Positions 58,322-64,000 of a stretch of DNA of 64,000 nt are shown here, in pieces. Under the pieces are notes generated by a model that saw only the letters and a program-made list of their open reading frames with translations, did not search any database and had not been told where the DNA came from. The DNA is taken from contig WRLG01000011.1 in assembly GCA_009777725.1 (NCBI GenBank), positions 6,807-70,806 on the forward strand, read 5' to 3'. Origin of the DNA: Oscillospiraceae bacterium (GTDB taxonomy: Bacteria > Bacillota > Clostridia > Oscillospirales > Ruminococcaceae). Both the position numbers and the translations under genes were made by a program. Position 1 is the first letter of the stretch. Each line of letters begins with the position of its first letter.

Positions 58322-59539
58322 TCCTATAGTCAAAATTATCCTGTCTTTTTCAATTTTTTCCGTAAAAACAGGTTCTGCCCAGCCTTGCTCCTCGCAAACA
58401 CGCTGAATAAGCGGTATCCCGCTTCCCAATCGTTCCCCAATATCGAGGAGACTAAACATTTTCATAATAACGGAATTGCGAGGAGATGACACACCGCCGC
58501 TCAAGGCCTCATCAATACTGACACGGAAATTACCCGGGTTTTCAAATATAATTCCATCAAGATTATTTCGTATAACAAGACCACGCTCACCATAAAAATC
58601 AGCGTTAATAAGGCAATTCGCCAACGCTTCCCGCAACGCCTTGTGAACAGGCGTATCATCAATACGAGTCAAACCGTCCGCCATTTTAAAAGGCGTTTTT
58701 ATTTTTGGGTTTTGAATGAGCTTATTATATGCCTTAAAAAAGAAGTCGTTAAGATTACCGCTCCACTCGCCCGAGGAGGAGGTAATTCTATCGGTAAAGC
58801 GAATATCAGGGTCAAAATGTTCCTGATAATCAAGAAAGTAATACGGATATTCACGCAATATCTCATTCTCAAAGCCAAACATCAGCAAACCGGCGGCAGT
58901 AGGATACCTCTTACCGTCTTCGCCGATGCCTACTGCCCCAAGCTTTTGCAAAAATTCAACGTCCTCCAACACTTCCCAAACATGACCGGGGCGGGTCACT
59001 TTCATACGGTTGCGATAACGCCGCAAGCTGTCATAATCAAACACGTCAAGCAACATTTTGTCAAGTACGAGCATATCCTGCGTTTTAACTCCGTTATCCC
59101 GAATCATAGCTGATACCATTTCCTTAGAGCAACGATAATCGCCCTCGCCGTTTCTGCGATAAGTTCCTGTAAACGGATTGTCATTCAGATAAATGGGTTT
59201 AAAGTTTCTATCCGCCCGGGGAATGTCTATGACTATAACGCTTTTGCCGGCAACACGTTCAACCCTAACCCGCTTGTCTGTCAGAATGTTGATATTGACT
59301 TTTTTAGTGTTATTGACGGTATTCCAAAAGTCGGCAATCAGCCTATCGGGGTTTTCAAGCCCGGCAATTTTCAGCGATTTATCGGAAAGTTCTTCAACGC
59401 CGAGCAGAATAACGCCGCCGTTTGTATTGGCGAACGAAGAATAGGTTTCCCATATGCTGTTCGGAAGTCCTCCCTCCGCTTTCTTTGCTTCAAGTCGGTT
59501 GCCCTCGCAATATTTATCAAGTTCATTTAATTTCAACAT
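58307..59539 (-). CDS. AlbA_2/Schlafen-type divergent AAA domain plus HATPase_c_4-like protein (putative regulator; COG2865-like)
   Basis: N-terminal EGNRLEAKKAEGGLPNSIWETYSSFANTNGGVILLGV... and C-terminal ALREALANCLINADF...GSGIPLI. The usual C-terminal HTH appears to be absent. Confidence 0.65.
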   Translation of the reverse strand: MLKLNELDKYCEGNRLEAKKAEGGLPNSIWETYSSFANTNGGVILLGVEELSDKSLKIAGLENPDRLIADFWNTVNNTKKVNINILTDKRVRVERVAGKSVIVIDIPRADRNFKPIYLNDNPFTGTYRRNGEGDYRCSKEMVSAMIRDNGVKTQDMLVLDKMLLDVFDYDSLRRYRNRMKVTRPGHVWEVLEDVEFLQKLGAVGIGEDGKRYPTAAGLLMFGFENEILREYPYYFLDYQEHFDPDIRFTDRITSSSGEWSGNLNDFFFKAYNKLIQNPKIKTPFKMADGLTRIDDTPVHKALREALANCLINADFYGERGLVIRNNLDGIIFENPGNFRVSIDEALSGGVSSPRNSVIMKMFSLLDIGERLGSGIPLIQRVCEEQGWAEPVFTEKIEKDRIILTIGLYCV

Positions 59540-59651
59540 AATACCCTCCCGCTACTTTAAACATATTATCATTATACTATACTATGGATATATTTTCAAT
59601 AGATAAGTAGGATTATTTCCTAATTGAGCAAAAATTTAATGAAATAACCCC

Positions 59652-59680
59652 TTGACAAAACATCAAAGATATGTTACAAT
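59652..59680 (+). promoter_or_regulatory. consensus sigma-A promoter of the recombinase gene
   Basis: TTGACA (59652-59657), 17-nt spacer, TACAAT (59675-59680); AAGGAG RBS 8 nt before the ATG at 59714. Confidence 0.55.
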
Positions 59681-59713
59681 ATTACCAACATATACATAAA
59701 AGGAGAAAACAAT

Positions 59714-61645
59714 ATGGAAACAGAACAACCCACCCGCATTGCCGCCTACTGCCGCATATCCGTAGACGAGGAAATAGATAGGGAAAACACAAGTATTGAG
59801 AACCAAAAATCTATTATTACCGACTTTGTCGCCCACAAATTTCCAAATTCCCAACTTGATTTTTGTGAGGACAGGGACAGGAGCGGTTATACATTTGAGC
59901 AAAGAGAAGGCTATATGAAAATCCGCCCCCTGCTGATGAGAGGCGATTATGACATACTTATAGTCAAGGATTTCTCAAGGTTTTCACGGCGTAACAGCAA
60001 AGGGCTTGTCGAGCTTGAGGACTTGCGAGATGCCGGCGTTCGCATTATAGCAATCGGTGATAATATTGACTACCCGACTTATGACGACTGGACGGCGATT
60101 CAGTTTCGTTTTCTTATTAATGAAATGCCTGTTACTGATACGAGCAAAAAAGTCAAGTCCGTTATCAAACGCCGCCAGAGCGAGGGCAAATGGATTTGTG
60201 CCGTGCCGTATGGGTATGTGATTACCAACAGTAAAACTATGGCTTTTCAAATTGATGAGCCTGCTGCCGAAGTTGTCCGCGAGATATTTAAGCTGTATAA
60301 CGACGGCTGGGGCTACAAGAAAATTGCGAATCACCTGACAGATAAGCATATCCCAACGCCGAGAATGGCAGAGAAGATGCGTAAAGAAGCGGCAGGTGAG
60401 GACTGTAATATCAAAACAAAAGAAATATGGAGTATAATTACAATATCAACAATTTTGCAGAATGATTTTTATATCGGAACTTTGCGGCAGGGCAAATACC
60501 GCCGCAAAAAAATCAACGGCGGCGATGTTAAAGAGGATTGCGAAAACCATATCGTCTTTGAAAATAATCACGAGCCGATTATTGATTACCGCACTTTTGC
60601 TATAACCAAAGAGCAACTTAAAAAACGAACAAGCACCAACTATCGGGGTGTGAAAAAATTTGAGAATGTTTACTCCGGTTATCTGTTCTGCGGGGATTGC
60701 GGCTCGCCGTTGTTCTCAATGAGTCGCCGTGATTTAGCCCCCGCCTACACCTGCGGTACGTATCATAACAGAGGAACAAAAGGCTGCACTTCTCATCATA
60801 CACGGGTTGATACCCTTGATAAACTACTGAAATCCTATGTGAAAACAGTCAAGGAAAACTCCGCCGAGATGCTTAACAAGCTTAACGAAGCACTCAAAGA
60901 CGAAACAGCCCATACAAAAGAAACCACCGACACAATAAAAATCATAGAGGAGCAAATTGATAATGCAAAGACCGAAATGAAAATGCTTGCCAAGCAAAAG
61001 CTGAAAGACATTATGAGAAACCCGAACAAAGAGGAAATGCTTGAAGAAACCTATGACGAAATGCTTGATGAACTGACCAACAGAATAGACGGCTTGCAAA
61101 ATCAACTGACTCTGACCGCAAACCGCCGCAACACAGTAATCCGAGTAAACCGAACAGCCAAAACCGCACTTGATATTTTCGATACTATACTGAACAAAGA
61201 AAAACTCGACAAATGCGATATTGAGCTAATCATAGATAAAATCATCATCTATGAAGACCACTTGGAAATCCACCTCAAATCCGACATAGACCATCTGCTG
61301 AAATGCGGTACGCTTGCTCATAGCGAAGAAACTGCCCCGCTTTTAAGCATTGATGAGATTGATAAGGAGGAAATCGTAAATTTTGAGCAAGGCACTATAA
61401 ATATCTCACCCTATGTAAACCGCATTGTCCAGTCTGCCCCTAATCGGAAAGACAAGGTTTATAGTGTCAATGTTATCAGCAATGGGTCACCCTCCCTAAT
61501 CCTCATAGTGCGCCTTATTTCCTTAGGGATAACAACCCTTCCTAAATCGTCAATTCTCCTGACAATTCCGGTAGCTTTCATGCTTATATTCCTCCATATC
61601 AGAGCTAAGCGGTATTTAAAACGAGGATTTAGGTTTGAGGCTTGA
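59714..61645 (+). CDS. large serine recombinase
   Basis: Resolvase catalytic domain (AAYCRISVDEE...RDRSGYT...VKDFSRFSRR), recombinase domain (PYGY), zinc ribbon (CGDCGSP...CGTYH...CTSH) and a long coiled coil. The ORF reads through the right junction at 61484-61494. Confidence 0.9.
   Translation: METEQPTRIAAYCRISVDEEIDRENTSIENQKSIITDFVAHKFPNSQLDFCEDRDRSGYTFEQREGYMKIRPLLMRGDYDILIVKDFSRFSRRNSKGLVELEDLRDAGVRIIAIGDNIDYPTYDDWTAIQFRFLINEMPVTDTSKKVKSVIKRRQSEGKWICAVPYGYVITNSKTMAFQIDEPAAEVVREIFKLYNDGWGYKKIANHLTDKHIPTPRMAEKMRKEAAGEDCNIKTKEIWSIITISTILQNDFYIGTLRQGKYRRKKINGGDVKEDCENHIVFENNHEPIIDYRTFAITKEQLKKRTSTNYRGVKKFENVYSGYLFCGDCGSPLFSMSRRDLAPAYTCGTYHNRGTKGCTSHHTRVDTLDKLLKSYVKTVKENSAEMLNKLNEALKDETAHTKETTDTIKIIEEQIDNAKTEMKMLAKQKLKDIMRNPNKEEMLEETYDEMLDELTNRIDGLQNQLTLTANRRNTVIRVNRTAKTALDIFDTILNKEKLDKCDIELIIDKIIIYEDHLEIHLKSDIDHLLKCGTLAHSEETAPLLSIDEIDKEEIVNFEQGTINISPYVNRIVQSAPNRKDKVYSVNVISNGSPSLILIVRLISLGITTLPKSSILLTIPVAFMLIFLHIRAKRYLKRGFRFEA
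61483..61581 (-). pseudogene. spoVT: spoVT, 5' fragment (Met1 to ...REGDP) with its RBS
   Basis: ATG at 61581 with GGAGG upstream. MKATGIVRRIDDLGRVVIPKEIRRTMRIREGDP is then followed by 7 element-encoded codons (LLITLTL) and a stop at 61459. Confidence 0.85.
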
Positions 61646-61715
61646 GGAATGGAAGAATTAACGTAAGGATACAATTAACCTCTGAATCCCCTCAAGCCTT
61701 AAACCTAAATCCTCG
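61622..61715. repeat. long inverted repeat (26-bp arms, 42-nt loop)
   Basis: CGAGGATTTAGGTTTGAGGCTTGAGG (61622-61647) and CCTCAAGCCTTAAACCTAAATCCTCG (61690-61715), with 25/26 positions complementary. Confidence 0.7.
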
Positions 61716-61963
61716 CGTAACTGCCTTGCTCCATAATTTTATTAAAAATGTAATAATAGTGTTTGTACGGCAGGCAGGAATATACATTCATAATTATTTT
61801 TATTATTTGCTGACAATATTGATAAATTATGACATAATTTTCGCTTGACTTTGTCGGTTTTTCGTGGTATAATAGGGGTTAGCCGCTTCGGTAGGGGTTT
61901 CGTCTTTAGGCGGGTTAAATCGCCTGTCGGCGAAATTGAGCATATAGTATGGAGAGATTTATT

Positions 61964-62728
61964 ATGACTGTTTGGGAAATGGTAAAAAAGGCTGTTGAGG
62001 ATGTTACTTGTCAATCCGAAAATCCTGTTGTTGCCGAAAAGCAAATTAAAGAATATATACTGAATCATTATCCCGGAACTAACCCGGCGACAATAATCAA
62101 TCAAATAATGTTTTGTTCTGTCAATCGACAATCTCGTGTAAACGACCCTAAAAACCAAAGGCAAATAATTTGTAACAGAGAATTTGACTTTTTGTACAGA
62201 CCGAATATTAATACTCCTGAAGTTGTCATGTACAACCCTAATGAACACGGACAATGGGAAATTGCTCTTTCAAATGATGCAAAATTCATTGTTCGCAGAA
62301 CAGATGATGAAACAATCATTACCGACCATGGCATAGCTGAAAATAATGATTTAGCTTTTGCACTTGAAGCTCATTTAAGAGATTTTATCTCTAAGAATTT
62401 ATCAACAATAGGGAATTTGACGTTGTTTGAAAACGGAGTTGAATATTCTACTGATGTTGGCAATATTGACATTCTAACTAAAAACGAAAATGATGAATTT
62501 GTTGTCATAGAATTGAAGTTGCATAGGGGAGAAGATGCCGCTTTGGGACAAGTTCAACGATATATGGGGTGGATTAAGGAAAATCTTGCGGATAATGGCA
62601 ACGTATATGGGATGATAATTGGTAAGTCTATAACCAAAAAATTAAAGTATGCTGTATCTGTAGCACAAAACATTACATTATTTGAATATTCTATGACCTT
62701 TTCTGTTGCTGAAGCAATGTTAAGTTAA
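61964..62728 (+). CDS. PD-(D/E)XK nuclease-like protein (NucS/DUF91-type C-domain with an Mrr_N-like N-domain), tentative
   Basis: C-terminal GNIDILTKNENDEFVVIELKLHRGEDAALGQVQRYMGW (D...ExK). ATG at 61964 with GGAGAG 7 nt upstream. Confidence 0.55.
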   Translation: MTVWEMVKKAVEDVTCQSENPVVAEKQIKEYILNHYPGTNPATIINQIMFCSVNRQSRVNDPKNQRQIICNREFDFLYRPNINTPEVVMYNPNEHGQWEIALSNDAKFIVRRTDDETIITDHGIAENNDLAFALEAHLRDFISKNLSTIGNLTLFENGVEYSTDVGNIDILTKNENDEFVVIELKLHRGEDAALGQVQRYMGWIKENLADNGNVYGMIIGKSITKKLKYAVSVAQNITLFEYSMTFSVAEAMLS

Positions 62729-62732
62729 AATA

Positions 62733-62765
62733 AAAACGGACACCGTTTAAAGTGTCTGTTTTTCA
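62733..62765 (+). terminator. rho-independent terminator
   Basis: ACGGACAC-(8 nt)-GTGTCTGT followed by TTTTT. Confidence 0.6.
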
Positions 62766-62870
62766 TTTATTTAACCACCGACAACGGCGAAGAGCTTCCT
62801 AAGCTCAATTGGTATACCAATCACTTCTATTAGTTGCATGTTCACAGAGATTAGGTATTCGGGTGAGCAT

Positions 62871-63953
62871 CTAAATAATCATCATCCCTTTATGAGCTTT
62901 CGTCAGATTTTCATGCCCCTCGGCAGTAACGTAAGCCATATCCTCAATCCTTACCCCGAATTTTCCCGGAATGTAAATCCCCGGCTCGCAGGTTATGACA
63001 TTTCCGGCTGAAAATTTAGATTTATCCCTCTGGTTGGCGTTCGGCTTTTCGTGAACCTCCAGCCCGACCCCGTGCCCCAAGCCATGCCCGAAGCACTTGC
63101 CGTAACCCCCGTCGGTAATAACGCGCCTCGCAGATGAATCAAACTCCCTGCATTTAACCCCCGCCTTGATTTTTTCAAGCGCGGCTTTTTGCGCCATTAA
63201 TACCAGCTCATACACCTGTGACATCTCGCCGTCCGGCGCGCCTAAAGCGACAGTCCGCGTCATATCGCTGTGGTAGCCCTCAAAGACCGCGCCGAAATCC
63301 AGCATTATAAACTCGCCCTTTTTTACCTCTTTATCGGTAGGCTCGCCGTGGGGGAGCGAGGTGTTCGCGCCGCTTATAACAATCGTATTAAACGAAAGAG
63401 CCTCCGCATTTTTGAGGATATAATCATTCAAAAGATAGGCAAGCCGCTTTTCGGTAACGCCCGGTTTTATAAGCCCCAGCAAAAAGTCAAACGCGCGCTC
63501 AGCAATTGCCTGCGCGGCTTTTATTTTTTCAAGCTCTTCGGCGGACTTGACGGCTCTCATCGCATTTATTTGCTCGCTCAAAACGGACGATGTGTTTATT
63601 TCAAGACCTTTAAACGCCTTTTGCATTAAGTTAAGCCCTGCAATCGTCAGCTTCTGCGCTTCAATGCCTATAGTTTTGACCCCATGCTTTTCAAAAAGCT
63701 TCGCAAGCTGTTTGTACTGCGTTTCCGATTTTATAACGGAGCAATCGGTGACGGTCGATTTCGCTTTTTCATAGTAACGAAAATCAATCAGCAAATAGGA
63801 GGTATTGCGAAAAACGGCTAACATCCCCGCCGAAGATTTAAAACCCGTAAAATATCGGCGGTTTATGTCGGACGTTATAAGAAAACAATCAATTTCCGGC
63901 GGCATAGCCCCCGCCAAAGCTTGCAAACGAGTCATTTTTGTTCTTCCTTTCAT
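62871..63953 (-). CDS. pepP: M24-family Xaa-Pro aminopeptidase/dipeptidase
   Basis: Creatinase-like N-domain. Metal ligands in DFGAVFEGYHSDMTRT, HGLGHGVGLEVHE and EPGIY...GVRIED. Confidence 0.85.
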   Translation of the reverse strand: MKGRTKMTRLQALAGAMPPEIDCFLITSDINRRYFTGFKSSAGMLAVFRNTSYLLIDFRYYEKAKSTVTDCSVIKSETQYKQLAKLFEKHGVKTIGIEAQKLTIAGLNLMQKAFKGLEINTSSVLSEQINAMRAVKSAEELEKIKAAQAIAERAFDFLLGLIKPGVTEKRLAYLLNDYILKNAEALSFNTIVISGANTSLPHGEPTDKEVKKGEFIMLDFGAVFEGYHSDMTRTVALGAPDGEMSQVYELVLMAQKAALEKIKAGVKCREFDSSARRVITDGGYGKCFGHGLGHGVGLEVHEKPNANQRDKSKFSAGNVITCEPGIYIPGKFGVRIEDMAYVTAEGHENLTKAHKGMMII

Positions 63954-64000
63954 ATGTAGCTACTGCAGCTGCTAACAATGCAGGGGCGACAACCTGCCGC

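Larger units (their letters stand above)
48854..61494. mobile_element. 12.6-kb integrated element (large-serine-recombinase type) inside spoVT, with type I-C CRISPR-Cas as cargo
   Basis: Direct GGGTC-N-CCCTC core at 48854-48864 and 61484-61494. Terminal inverted repeats TGATAACATTG (48867-48877) and CAATGTTATCA (61468-61478). The recombinase gene abuts the right end, and the flanks rejoin to an in-frame spoVT. Confidence 0.8.

Noticed and set aside
61742-62254. 170-aa minus-strand ORF upstream of the spoVT 5' fragment.
   Set aside because: It overlaps the plus-strand nuclease-like gene (61964..62728), which has an RBS and recognisable motifs. Its composition is low-complexity and AT-rich.

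Overview
This is a 64-kb chromosomal window from a low-to-moderate-GC, spore-forming Firmicute. It looks Clostridia-like, with spoIVB, ylbJ, yqfC, yqfD, spoVT, ppdK, ftsQ/ftsZ, valS, ftsY, tgt/queH, miaB and dtd. Most genes are housekeeping genes on the minus strand. Other content: an AT-rich ~10-kb accessory stretch (18.7-28.3 kb) of small orphan genes with a HipA-like kinase and a VapBC pair; two tandem hybrid histidine kinases; and a flagellin whose variable region carries an HExxH metallopeptidase-like module. The stand-out observation is that the sporulation regulator gene spoVT is cut in two on the minus strand, with its 5' part at 61581-61483 and its 3' part at 48864-48409. The interruption is a 12.6-kb insertion bounded by a directly repeated GGGTC-N-CCCTC core and perfect 11-bp terminal inverted repeats. 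The insert encodes a large serine recombinase at one end. Its cargo is a complete type I-C CRISPR-Cas system: cas3-cas5-cas8c-cas7-cas4-cas1-cas2 plus a 16-repeat array. This resembles the skin and SPbeta intervening elements, but the payload is adaptive immunity and the interrupted gene is (by analogy) a forespore gene. Further observations: a dispersed intergenic repeat family built from 7-bp GTTAAYT units, REP-like hairpins, repeated 5' leader modules in the accessory stretch, an unannotated 41-aa Cys-rich ORF, and a cas1 without a canonical start codon. All functional calls rest on motif recognition by eye; no database search was possible.
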